A model generated the notes under the pieces. It searched no databases. It saw nothing but the letters and a program-made list of their open reading frames with translations, and was not told the DNA's origin. A stretch of DNA of 60,168 bases from an uncultured Chloroflexota bacterium (lineage in GTDB: Bacteria; Chloroflexota; Limnocylindria; P2-11E): contig CAZSRI010000004.1 of NCBI GenBank assembly GCA_964609145.1, forward strand, positions 1-60,168, read 5' to 3'. The translations under genes were made by a program, and so were the position numbers. Below, one piece after another: positions 25,192 to 33,989 of the stretch; positions within the stretch are counted from its first letter, which is position 1; each line of letters begins with the position of its first letter.

Positions 25192-26547
25192 ATGACGAGC
25201 GAGCGACGCAGCGAGCTGCCGCGCGAGTACCACGAGGCCGTCGTCCACTGGCAGCGGCACAACTTCCCGGACTTTCCCAAGCTCGCGCAGGAATGGGATC
25301 GCTTCTTCCCGCGCGACGAGCCGTTCTGCCTGTGCGCCAAGCTGGGCGAGAACGTCTCGGACGTCGTCGAGGTGGGCGAGCGAGCGGGCCGCCCGAAAGC
25401 GCTCGAGCCCGCGGAGCTCGATCCCGAGGCGGCGCACATCCTCCTCGGGCAGGTCCGGGCGCAGGCGTCGACCGAATTCGGCTCGATCCAGCAGCACACG
25501 GGCACGCTCGAGCGCGCGAACGATCCGCAGGACCAGGCGTGGGTGCTGCGCGTCATGGCGGAGGAGCTCCGCCACGGCTACCAGATGATCCACCTCCTGG
25601 TGAGCGCCGACTGGTCGCCCGTGACGGACGCGAAGCCGGCCGACATGGTCGAGGACATCCTCTCGATGAAGACCGGATCGCACGTCCTCGCCGCGTTCAA
25701 CCTCGAGTTCGACAGCTTCCTCGACAACATCGTCTTCGCGGCGTTCATCGACCGGGTCGGCAAGTACCAGCTGATGATGCAGAAGGTCTCCACGTACAAG
25801 CCGTACGCGGAGAGCATGCCGCCGATGCTGAAGGAGGAGGCCTTCCACCTCGCCGCGGGCGTCGTGCCGCTGCGGCGGATGGTCGAGGCGGCGGCGAAGG
25901 GCGAGGGCCTCGTCGGCATGGACGCGATCCAGAAGGCGTGTACGAAGTGGTTCGCGCGCGGGCTCGAGATGTTCGGCGACGACCGCCCCGACTCGCACGG
26001 CGGCGAGGACTCGGTGCGGCTCGGCCTCAAGGACATGACGAACCGCCAGGCGCAGAACGCGTACATCGCCGAGGTCACGCAGATGCTCGACGACCTGAAC
26101 GAGCGCTACGTTCGCGCGAAGCGCCCCGACCTCTCGCGCGAGGACGCCGGCGCGCTGTATCGCCGCGTGAAGCGCGAGCGCGCGAGCGCCGACGGCATCG
26201 AGATCGACGACCTCCTGCGCCTGCCCGACCGCCGGTTCTTCCGCCGTCGCGGCGAGGGCGCATACGCGCTGTGGGGCTTCGACGGCGAGGAGCTCCCCGA
26301 CGCGAACGCGTACATCGCGCACGTCGCGGCGCACCTGCCGGAGGCCTACCGCGCGTCGATCGACGTGCGCCACTGGGCCGACACGCTGCGCAAGGTGCAC
26401 AGCGGCCAGATGCTGCTGAAGGACGCGATCAGGTCGAGCCCGCGGCTCGCGCGCGTCGGCGGTGCCTGCCCGTGCTCGCGCTCCGTCCGCTGGGTCATCG
26501 ACGACGCCGGCGGCGCGAGCGTCGGGGGGACGCCCCTCCAGCCCTAG
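25192..26547 (+). CDS. Ferritin-like di-iron oxygenase of the BoxB/PaaA family (benzoyl-CoA oxygenase component B-like)
   Basis: 451 aa. Two E-x-x-H motifs in BoxB-like contexts (VMAEELRHGYQM; PMLKEEAFHLAAG) and FIDRVGKYQLMMQ. These compare with BoxB VEEGRHLWAM, LTEEAHHLFVG and ITDRDGKFQLASL, recalled from memory. Confidence 0.7.
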   Translation: MTSERRSELPREYHEAVVHWQRHNFPDFPKLAQEWDRFFPRDEPFCLCAKLGENVSDVVEVGERAGRPKALEPAELDPEAAHILLGQVRAQASTEFGSIQQHTGTLERANDPQDQAWVLRVMAEELRHGYQMIHLLVSADWSPVTDAKPADMVEDILSMKTGSHVLAAFNLEFDSFLDNIVFAAFIDRVGKYQLMMQKVSTYKPYAESMPPMLKEEAFHLAAGVVPLRRMVEAAAKGEGLVGMDAIQKACTKWFARGLEMFGDDRPDSHGGEDSVRLGLKDMTNRQAQNAYIAEVTQMLDDLNERYVRAKRPDLSREDAGALYRRVKRERASADGIEIDDLLRLPDRRFFRRRGEGAYALWGFDGEELPDANAYIAHVAAHLPEAYRASIDVRHWADTLRKVHSGQMLLKDAIRSSPRLARVGGACPCSRSVRWVIDDAGGASVGGTPLQP

Positions 26548-26565
26548 CGCGGGTACTGTCCGCGC

Positions 26566-27045
26566 GTGGCCGATGTCCGGGTCCCCCCGGGAGGAATAGA
26601 GGTCCGCTTCGAGCTGAACGGATCCCCGCGCCGCGACGTCGTGCCCGCCGAGCGCCTCCTCGTCGACCACCTGCGCGACGAGCTCGGCCTCACCGGCACG
26701 AAGCTCGGATGCGGCGTCGGCGTGTGCGGTGCGTGCACCGTCCTCGTCGACGGCGTGCCGATGACGGCGTGCCTCCTCTTCGTGTCGCAGGTCGAGGGGC
26801 GCCGCGTCACGACGATCGAGGGCGCGCAGGGCGACCACGTCGAGCGGCTGCGCGACGCGTTCATCCACGAGGGCGGCTTCCAGTGCGGGATCTGCACGCC
26901 CGGGCAGATCGTGGCCGCGGCGGCACTCCTCGCGGAGGACCCGCATCCGAGCGAGGAGCGCATCCGCGAGCACATGAAGGGGAACCTGTGCCGCTGCACC
27001 GGCTACTACGGGATCGTCCGCGCGATCCGCGCGGCGGCGAAGTGA
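26566..27045 (+). CDS. Xanthine dehydrogenase/CoxS-family [2Fe-2S] small subunit
   Basis: 159-aa ORF (GTG start). LGCGVGVCGACTV and FQCGICTPGQ...GNLCRCTGY. Confidence 0.9.
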   Translation: MADVRVPPGGIEVRFELNGSPRRDVVPAERLLVDHLRDELGLTGTKLGCGVGVCGACTVLVDGVPMTACLLFVSQVEGRRVTTIEGAQGDHVERLRDAFIHEGGFQCGICTPGQIVAAAALLAEDPHPSEERIREHMKGNLCRCTGYYGIVRAIRAAAK

Positions 27046-27085
27046 CCACACCCCACTCGCCCCATCGGGGCTCGCGGGGGACCCC

Positions 27086-27943
27086 ATGATGGCGCCGTTC
27101 GAGCTGCGCCACGCGGGATCGATCGCCGAGGCGGTCGAGCTCCTCGCCGTCGAGGACGCGCACGCCGTCGCCGGCGGCACCGCGCTCGTGCTCCTCATGA
27201 AGCAGGGTCTGCTCCGCCCGGCGCGGCTCGTCTCGCTCGCGGGGATCGCGCCGATGTCGGGCGTCGAGGCGCTCCCCGACGGGGCCCTCCGCATCGGTGC
27301 GCTGGCGACGATCCGCGAGGCGGAGCGGTCGGCGGCGGTGCGCGCCCACTGCGACGCGCTCACCGACGCGTTCGCCGCCGTGGCGACGCCGCGGATCCGC
27401 GCGCAGGCGACCGTCGGCGGCAACCTCGCGCACGCCGATCCCGCGCAGGATCCTCCGCCGATGCTCATCGCGCTCGGCACGACCGCGATCCTCGAGGGCG
27501 CGCGCGGCGAGCGGTCGCTGCCGCTCGAGCACCTGTTCGTCGACGTGTTCGAGACGCGCATCGCGCGCGACGAGGTCCTGCGGGAGGTGCGCGTGCCGCC
27601 GATGCCAGCCGGAGCGCGCGCGGCGTACGTGAAGTTCCTGCCCCGCACCGAGGACGACTACGCGACGGTGTCCGTCGCGGCGATGGCCGCGCTCGACGCC
27701 GAGGGGCGCTGCGCCGACGTCCGCGTCGTCATCGGCGCGTGCGGCTCGACGCCGATCCGCGCGCGCGCCGTCGAGGACGCGCTCCGCGGCGAGACGCCGT
27801 CGGAGGCACGCCTGGGCGAGGCCGCCGCGCTCGCGCGAGATGCCGTCGACCCCATCGACGACCTGCGCGGGAGCGCGTCGTACAAGCGGGGGATGGCGGC
27901 GGTCTGGACCGAGCGCGCGCTGCGGCGCGTGCTGGCGGCGTGA
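27086..27943 (+). CDS. Xanthine dehydrogenase/CoxM-family FAD-binding subunit (no Cys insertion)
   Basis: 285-aa ORF. AGGTALVLLMKQGL, ATVGGNLAHADPAQD, SASYKRGMAAV. Confidence 0.85.
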   Translation: MMAPFELRHAGSIAEAVELLAVEDAHAVAGGTALVLLMKQGLLRPARLVSLAGIAPMSGVEALPDGALRIGALATIREAERSAAVRAHCDALTDAFAAVATPRIRAQATVGGNLAHADPAQDPPPMLIALGTTAILEGARGERSLPLEHLFVDVFETRIARDEVLREVRVPPMPAGARAAYVKFLPRTEDDYATVSVAAMAALDAEGRCADVRVVIGACGSTPIRARAVEDALRGETPSEARLGEAAALARDAVDPIDDLRGSASYKRGMAAVWTERALRRVLAA

Positions 27944-28389
27944 AGCTCGAGCACGCGGCGACGATCGCCGCGCCGCGCGAGCGCGTGTGGGCCGTCGTCA
28001 TGGACATCCCGCGCGCCGCGAGGTGCGTCGGCGGGCTCGGGCCGCTCGAGGCGGTCGCTCCCGACCGCTATCGCGGGACGATGACCGTGTCGCTCGGGCC
28101 GGTACGGCTCGCGCTCACCGGCGACGTCGTCGTCGCCGCGCGCGACGACGCCGCGGGGACCGCGGCCTTCACGCTGACGGCGAAGGACGCGCGTCTCGGG
28201 GGCGCCGTCGAGGCGCGGGTCGTGCTGAGCGTCGATGGGAAGGGCGATCACGAGACGGAGGTGCGCGTCGCGACCGACGCGCAGGTCCTCGGGCGCATCG
28301 GCGAGCTCGGCCAGTCGGTGATGCGCCGCAAGGCGGACCAGGTCGTGGGCGAGATGCTCGCGTGCCTGGGGCGGGAGGCGACGGCGTGA
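27940..28389 (+). CDS. coxG: CoxG-like SRPBCC-fold protein
   Basis: GTG at 27940 (GTGA overlap) gives 149 aa. VKLEHAATIAAPRERVWAVVMDIPRAARCVGG...GRIGELGQSVMRRKADQVVGEM, typical of carbon monoxide dehydrogenase subunit G-family proteins. Confidence 0.75.
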   Translation: MKLEHAATIAAPRERVWAVVMDIPRAARCVGGLGPLEAVAPDRYRGTMTVSLGPVRLALTGDVVVAARDDAAGTAAFTLTAKDARLGGAVEARVVLSVDGKGDHETEVRVATDAQVLGRIGELGQSVMRRKADQVVGEMLACLGREATA

Positions 28390-30560
28390 GGTCACCCGTC
28401 GCCGACGCCCCGCGTGTCCTCGAGACGCCGGAGGAGCGGATCGAGGGACGCGAGAAGGTGACGGGCCGCGCGCGCTACGCCGCGGACCACGCCCTGCCGG
28501 GGATGCTCTGGGCGGCGTTCGCGCCCAGCCCCGTCCCGCACGCGCGCGTCCGCGCCGTCGACGTGGCCCGCGCGCGCGCGATGCCGGGCGTGCGCGCGGT
28601 CCTCACCGGCGCCGACGTGCGGCCGTCGATGATCGGCCGCCGGCTGCAGGACTGGCCGGTGCTCGCGTGGGACCGCGTGCGCTTCATCGGCGACCGCGTC
28701 GCGGCCGTCGCCGCGGACACGCGCGCGCAGGCCGAGGCCGCCGCGGCGGCGATCGACGTCGACTACGACGAGCTCCCCGCGGTCTTCACTCCCGAGGATG
28801 CGCTCGCCGACGGCGCGCCCGTCCTCCACGAGGACACGAGCGAGCAGCTCTTCCTGAGCGGCGGGCGGCCCGACGTGTCGCACCCGAACATGCAGGGCCG
28901 CCGCGTCCACGAGCACGGGGAGGTCGACGCGGCGTTCCGCGCGGCGGCGCGGATCTTCGAGCACGAGCTCGAGACGCCGATCCTCAGCCAGTCTCCGATC
29001 GAGCCGCGCGCGAGCCTCGTCTGGCTGGAAGGCGACGTCCTCCACGTCATCACGACGAACAAGGCGCCCTTCGCGCTGCGCGACCAGATGGCCGCGTCGC
29101 TGCGCCTCCCCAAGGAGCGGATCGTCGTCGACGCGGGGTACATCGGCGGCGACTTCGGCGGGAAGGGCCTCTCGATCGACGAGTTCGCCCTCGCGTACCT
29201 CGCGCGCGCGACGGGCCGCCCCGTGAAGGCCGTGACGCGCTACGCCGACGAGATCCAGGCGACGAGCGTGCGCCACGCGTCGCGCATCCGCCTGCGCACG
29301 GGCGTCGATCGGGATGGACGGATCGTCGCGCACGAGGCGCGCGTGCTGCTGAACGGGGGCGCATACGCGGCGTCGAAGCCGTCGCTGTACCTGCTGCCCG
29401 GCGACGCGATCTTCACCCTCGCCGGCTACGCCGTGCCAGCGGCGCGGGTCGAGGCCGTCAGCGTGTACACGAACACGGTCCCCGCGGGGCACGTTCGGGC
29501 GCCTGGCCAGCCGCAGAACGCGTTCGCCTGCGAGTCGCACGTCGATCTCATCGCCCGCGAGCTCGGGATGGACCCGCTCGCGTTCCGGCTGCGCAACGCG
29601 GTGCGCGCCGGCGACGTCGACGTCGAGGGCGAGACCGTGCGCGCGTCGCAGGCCGTGCCCGTCATCGAGCGGCTGCGCGCCGAGTCGAAGTGGGGGACGC
29701 CGCCGCCGCCGGGCCGGGGACGCGGAATGGCGATCGGCGTCCGGCACGTCGGGCGCGGCGAGGCGAAAGTCGCCGCGGCGATCGCGCGCGACGGGACCGT
29801 CGAGGTGACGAGCCCCGTGTCGGACCAGGGCGGCGGCGCGCAGACGATGATCGCGCGCGTCGTCGCCGCGGAGCTCGGCGTCGCGCCGGAGCGCGTCCGC
29901 GTCGTGCGGCCGACGACGGCCGGCGCGCCCGACGATCCCGGCGTCGGCGGGAGCCGCGTGACGCCGGTGCACGGCAGCGCCGCGCTCGACGCGGCACGGA
30001 GGCTGCGCGTGCGGCTCGACGAGGTCGCTCCCGGCTGGAACGAGTCCGCGCTCGCGCGGATCGGGCGCGAGGCCGATCCGGAGCGGCTGCGCGTGACCGG
30101 CGAGGGCCGCTCGAAGGGCGAGGGCCACGGCGTGTGCGCGTACGCGATCGAGGTCGCGGTCGACCGCGAGACCGGGCAGGTGCGGATCGTCGACGTGACG
30201 CTCGTCGCCGACGTCGGCACGGTCATCAACCCCGTCGCCCTGCGCGGGCAGCTCGAGGGCGCGTTCGTCTTCGGGCTCGGGCAGTCGACGATGGAAGAGG
30301 TGCGCATGGAGGACGGGCGCGTCGTCGACCCCGGCCTCGCCGGCTACAAGATCCCGACGATCGCCGACGTGCCGCCGCTGCGGCTCGTCGTCCTCACCGA
30401 GGGGAAGGGCTCGGGTCCGTTCGGCGCGAAGTCCGTCGGCGAGCTCGGGAACCCGTCGGTCGGACCCGCGCTCGCGAACGCGATCCACGACGCGGTCGGC
30501 GTGCGTGTCACCTCGCTCCCGCTCACCGCCGAGAAGGTGTACCGGGCGCTCCACGGATGA
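28386..30560 (+). CDS. Xanthine dehydrogenase-family molybdopterin-binding large subunit
   Basis: GTG at 28386 (GTGA overlap) gives 724 aa. RIEGREKVTGRARYAADH, GGDFGGKG, HVRAPGQPQNAFACESH, SVGELGNPSVGPALANA. Confidence 0.9.
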   Translation: MRSPVADAPRVLETPEERIEGREKVTGRARYAADHALPGMLWAAFAPSPVPHARVRAVDVARARAMPGVRAVLTGADVRPSMIGRRLQDWPVLAWDRVRFIGDRVAAVAADTRAQAEAAAAAIDVDYDELPAVFTPEDALADGAPVLHEDTSEQLFLSGGRPDVSHPNMQGRRVHEHGEVDAAFRAAARIFEHELETPILSQSPIEPRASLVWLEGDVLHVITTNKAPFALRDQMAASLRLPKERIVVDAGYIGGDFGGKGLSIDEFALAYLARATGRPVKAVTRYADEIQATSVRHASRIRLRTGVDRDGRIVAHEARVLLNGGAYAASKPSLYLLPGDAIFTLAGYAVPAARVEAVSVYTNTVPAGHVRAPGQPQNAFACESHVDLIARELGMDPLAFRLRNAVRAGDVDVEGETVRASQAVPVIERLRAESKWGTPPPPGRGRGMAIGVRHVGRGEAKVAAAIARDGTVEVTSPVSDQGGGAQTMIARVVAAELGVAPERVRVVRPTTAGAPDDPGVGGSRVTPVHGSAALDAARRLRVRLDEVAPGWNESALARIGREADPERLRVTGEGRSKGEGHGVCAYAIEVAVDRETGQVRIVDVTLVADVGTVINPVALRGQLEGAFVFGLGQSTMEEVRMEDGRVVDPGLAGYKIPTIADVPPLRLVVLTEGKGSGPFGAKSVGELGNPSVGPALANAIHDAVGVRVTSLPLTAEKVYRALHG

Positions 30561-30934
30561 CGCCGCCGCGCGCGCGTGTGTCGCTCCTCGCGCTCCGGCG
30601 GCGCTCGGCGAGCGCGTGGCTCGTCACATGGCGCATCGAGGACCGGGGGAGCGCGCCCTTCACGGTCGTCGAGGCGTGGCACCCGCACGGCCGGTTCCGC
30701 AGCTCGCGCCTGCGCCGCTCGCTGCGCGTGCCCGCGCACGGCTGGGCGGCGCTCGAGATGCCCGCGCGCGTCGACGCCGCGCCCGGCGACGCGGTCGAGA
30801 ACTGCTTCCTCATCCTGCGCGTCGCGCGCGGCCGCGAGCGCTGGCGCGTCCTGGCGCGCTTCACGCTCCTCGTGAGCGATGACGGCACTCCCTTCCCGCG
30901 CGTCGAAGCGGTCGACGCTCACCCGGCGGAGTGA
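30557..30934 (+). CDS. Hypothetical protein (125 aa), translationally coupled to the molybdoenzyme large subunit
   Basis: ATG at 30557 overlaps the large-subunit stop (ATGA). G/C-rich third positions throughout. I recognise no family (…WLVTWRIEDRGSAPFTVVEAWHPHGRF…FLILRVARGRERWRVLARFTLLVSDDG…). Confidence 0.5.
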   Translation: MTPPRARVSLLALRRRSASAWLVTWRIEDRGSAPFTVVEAWHPHGRFRSSRLRRSLRVPAHGWAALEMPARVDAAPGDAVENCFLILRVARGRERWRVLARFTLLVSDDGTPFPRVEAVDAHPAE

Positions 30935-31043
30935 CGGGAGTACCGTCGGAGGCATGAGCCTCCCCGAGCGCGACCGGTACATCCTCGAGCGCATGCGCGG
31001 CTGACGCCGCAACTGAAGGGCGACCTTCGAGGAGACCACGGGC

Positions 31044-31175
31044 ATGGTCTCCAGCGCGGTGGACATCTCGCGACAGGAGCTCGTGCGCGCCCTCGCGCGC
31101 ATCAGGAAGGAGCACGCCGGCGACCCCGAGTACGAGGCTCTGCGGAAGGAGCTGCCCAAGACATGGCCGGTGTGA
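31044..31175 (+). CDS. Hypothetical 43-aa ORF overlapping the start of the haem-oxygenase-like gene
   Basis: MVSSAVDISRQELVRALARIRKEHAGDPEYEALRKELPKTWPV. GAGGAG lies 9 nt upstream. High GC3. The stop is 13 nt inside the next gene. Confidence 0.35.
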   Translation: MVSSAVDISRQELVRALARIRKEHAGDPEYEALRKELPKTWPV

Positions 31176-31957
31176 CGACGGAGCGCGCCGCCGTCGGGGA
31201 GGATCCCGACGCGTTCATCGCGGAGCTGTGGGGCTACGCCCACGCGCTCGAGATGAAGGAGCATCCCTGGTTCAAGGGCATGCGCGACCATGTCTGGACG
31301 CGCGAGCAGATCGTTCGCGCGGAGATGCAGCACTACCTGCGCGTGCGCATGAACCCGGTGTTCTTCGGCTACATCGTCACGAACGTCGTCGCCGAGAAGG
31401 ACTACGAGCTCATGCCCGTCGTCATGGAGAACTTCATGGAGGAGCTCGGCGGCGAGAGGACGCACGTCGACGTGATGCTCCAGTTCCTCGAGGAGGCGGG
31501 GCTTACCCGCCAGGAGGCCGACACCGCCGAGCCCGCGCCGGGCACGGCCGCGGCGATCGAGATGATCGTCGGCTGCTGCCAGCGGCGCAGCGCGCTCGAG
31601 GGCATCGCGATGCTCTCGTTCGTCGAGGCGATGCACGGCGGGCCCGAGGGCGCGGCGGCCGGCATGTTCGAGGCGATGACGAAGCACTACGGCTTCAGCG
31701 CCCGCGCCGCGGCGACCTACGAGCTGCACGCCGAGCAGGACACCGGACACGGCGAACGCCAGATCGAGGCGATCCGCCGCTTCGTGTGCGACGCCGCGAA
31801 GCAGGCGAAGGTCCGAGCCGCGGTGAAGCTCGGTCTCGAGGCGTTCAACTTCGAGTGGGACGGCCACGTGCAGGCGATGACCGGCGAGCGGACGTACTGG
31901 CGCGGCCTCGCGCCTCGGATCGATCTCGCCACGCCAGAGTTCCGGCCTCCGGGCTGA
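31163..31957 (+). CDS. Haem-oxygenase-like fold protein (TenA/PqqC/'iron-containing redox enzyme' family; possible di-iron HDO)
   Basis: 264-aa ORF. HPWFKGMRDHVWTREQIVRAEMQHYLRV start, typical of the PqqC/TenA-like fold. Carboxylate/His candidates in MENFMEELGGERTH and YELHAEQDTGHGERQ. Confidence 0.65.
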   Translation: MAGVTTERAAVGEDPDAFIAELWGYAHALEMKEHPWFKGMRDHVWTREQIVRAEMQHYLRVRMNPVFFGYIVTNVVAEKDYELMPVVMENFMEELGGERTHVDVMLQFLEEAGLTRQEADTAEPAPGTAAAIEMIVGCCQRRSALEGIAMLSFVEAMHGGPEGAAAGMFEAMTKHYGFSARAAATYELHAEQDTGHGERQIEAIRRFVCDAAKQAKVRAAVKLGLEAFNFEWDGHVQAMTGERTYWRGLAPRIDLATPEFRPPG

Positions 31958-32102
31958 CCGCCGCCGACCGTGCCTACTCCTCAGGGCCGCGGGATGGGCG
32001 CACTCTCACCGGAGGTGACCGTGCCGCTCGAAGGCGCACTGGCGCGCCGTCTGGCGCTCGACGAGACCGTCGCGGCCGCGAGGGCGCAGCCGGAATGAGC
32101 GG

Positions 32103-32825
32103 CTACAGGTACCTGCGGCCCCCGAGGCGGTCGGGCACGCGCAAGCCCAGGGCGGTGATCTGAGGTTCGACCTCCGCCATGTATTGCCGCCGCGCCTCCT
32201 CATTCGTACGACGCTTCAATCCCCACTCGATATAGCGCTCTGTTCGCGCAGATCCCGAGTTCCCGAACATGTCTAGTCCGACCACATACCAACGCGAGAC
32301 GGCCTTCTGCGCCGCCGCCTTCCCCTCGTCGCCGCTCTGGACGAGCTTCTCGAGCTGCTGCGTCCCGTACGAGATGTGGCCCCTCTCCTCGCGCAGGATC
32401 GTATCGAGGTGGTCGTCGATCGGGAGGTACGACGAACCGATCATCTCGTCGAGCTGGTATTGGCCGACCTTGTCGATGAGCATCCCGAACGCCGCGAAGT
32501 CGGCCCACTCGGGCATGTCCTCTTTGAACGCGTCGACCTCGCGCTTCGACCGCGGGCGGGTGAGGATGTCGGAGCGGTCGATCCCGAGGAGGCCGAGGAG
32601 CCGCAGGAACTTGCGGCAGTGGTCGATCTCCTCCGCGGCGATGCGCGCGACGCGCCATTGGTCGTCGACGGTCGGCGCGCGCAGCGTCCAGTGGTCGACG
32701 TAGATGTGCGGCCCGCCGATCTCGCAGTCCGCCTGGATCGCGAGCAGCCGCGTGAGGAGCTCCCGGTACTCCGTCGGCATCTTCCTGACGTCCTTGGGCT
32801 CGATCCGGTCGGTGAATGGCGCCAT
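32103..32825 (-). CDS. PaaA/PaaC-family ferritin-like di-iron protein
   Basis: ATG at 32825 (GAGGAG upstream) gives 240 aa. IAAEEIDHCRKF and ILREERGHISYG E-x-x-H motifs; LIDKVGQYQLDEM. Confidence 0.75.
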   Translation of the reverse strand: MAPFTDRIEPKDVRKMPTEYRELLTRLLAIQADCEIGGPHIYVDHWTLRAPTVDDQWRVARIAAEEIDHCRKFLRLLGLLGIDRSDILTRPRSKREVDAFKEDMPEWADFAAFGMLIDKVGQYQLDEMIGSSYLPIDDHLDTILREERGHISYGTQQLEKLVQSGDEGKAAAQKAVSRWYVVGLDMFGNSGSARTERYIEWGLKRRTNEEARRQYMAEVEPQITALGLRVPDRLGGRRYL

Positions 32826-32948
32826 CGCTCGTCTCCTCTGCTCCGGCGAGACCGACGCGCGCACGTGCGCCGCGTCCGCGGGGTCTCGGCCGCAGTGTAG
32901 TGAACGTCTGTTCCTGCGTACGGTCCGCAGAACGGCGCGCCCGATCGT

Positions 32949-33989
32949 GTGATGGCTAGGATCACGGCGACCATGGCCAGATCCGACGTCGCCGTCGCGC
33001 TCCTTCGCGAGATGCTGCGGATGCGCCGGCTCGAGGAGCAGGTCATCCACCTGGCCGCCGACCATCGCCAGCTCCGCGCGCACTTCCACGTGTATATCGG
33101 GCAGGAGGCGGCGGGCGCGGGCGTGTGCTCGACGCTCACGCGCGGGGATCTCATCTTCACGACGCACCGCAACCACGCGCACGTGCTCGCGAAGGGCGGC
33201 GATCCGTTCCGGATCCTCGCCGAGATCATCGGGCGCGCCGACGGGTACCTCGGCGGTCGCGGGGGCACGTTCCACGTCGCCGCGCCGGAGATCGGCATCC
33301 CGCACACCTCCGCGATCGTCGGCGGCGCGCTCCCGATCGCGGCCGGGGCGGCGTGGGCCGCGAAGCGCGCGCGCAGCGGACGCGCCACGGTCGCGTTCTT
33401 CGGCGACGGCGTCATGGAGGAGGGCGCCTTCGCCGAGACGCTGAACGTCGCGCAGCTCTGGCGCCTCCCGCTCCTCTTCTACATGGAGAACAACAGCGTG
33501 ACGCCGGAGGAGCGGCCCGGACGCGGCTCGCCGACGTCGACCCATGCCGCGATCGCCCTCTCGGACGTGCCCCGCGCGTTCGGGATCGAGACGACGCGCG
33601 TGGACGGGACTCGCGTGGAGGACGTCCGCGCGGCCGTCGCCCCGCTCATCGAGCGGACCCGCGAGGGTGAGGGGCCGTTCTTCGTCGAGTCGCGCACGAC
33701 CCGCTGGCCGGGCAGCTACGGATCGATCCCGAAGCTCGTCGGCGGTGATACCGACATCGCGTGGGCGTGGGACGTCGACGCGGCACCGGAAGCGGTGCGC
33801 GCATGGCACGACCGCAGCGACCCGGTGATCCTGCGCGCGCGCGGGCTGCTCCAGCGCGGCGCGATCGACCGCGAGGCGCTGGCCGCGCTCGATGCCGAGG
33901 TGCGCGACGAGATGGCGCGCGCCGCGGAGCGCGCCATGCGCAGCCCCTTGCCCGATCCCGCGACCGCGACGGCCCACGCGTATGCCTGA
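32949..33989 (+). CDS. ThDP-dependent dehydrogenase E1 component, alpha subunit
   Basis: 346-aa ORF. YIGQEAAGAGV, GRGGTFHV, FFGDGVMEEGAFAETLNVAQLWRLPLLFYMENN. Several closely spaced candidate starts (32949, 32952, 32973). Confidence 0.85.
   Translation: MMARITATMARSDVAVALLREMLRMRRLEEQVIHLAADHRQLRAHFHVYIGQEAAGAGVCSTLTRGDLIFTTHRNHAHVLAKGGDPFRILAEIIGRADGYLGGRGGTFHVAAPEIGIPHTSAIVGGALPIAAGAAWAAKRARSGRATVAFFGDGVMEEGAFAETLNVAQLWRLPLLFYMENNSVTPEERPGRGSPTSTHAAIALSDVPRAFGIETTRVDGTRVEDVRAAVAPLIERTREGEGPFFVESRTTRWPGSYGSIPKLVGGDTDIAWAWDVDAAPEAVRAWHDRSDPVILRARGLLQRGAIDREALAALDAEVRDEMARAAERAMRSPLPDPATATAHAYA

Noticed and set aside
31002-31016. Selenocysteine or programmed read-through at the two in-frame TGA codons between the 16-codon and 43-codon small ORFs.
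   Set aside because: No SECIS-like hairpin is evident immediately downstream. Two TGAs four codons apart are more simply explained by decay or by unrelated short ORFs. The in-frame relationship has a one-in-three chance expectation.
32016-32099. A 25-27 codon ORF (…PLEGALARRLALDETVAAARAQPE) with a GGAGG upstream, in the gap between the convergent haem-oxygenase-like and PaaA-like genes.
   Set aside because: It is too short, has no recognisable features, and lies where convergent transcripts end. No supporting evidence is available from sequence alone.
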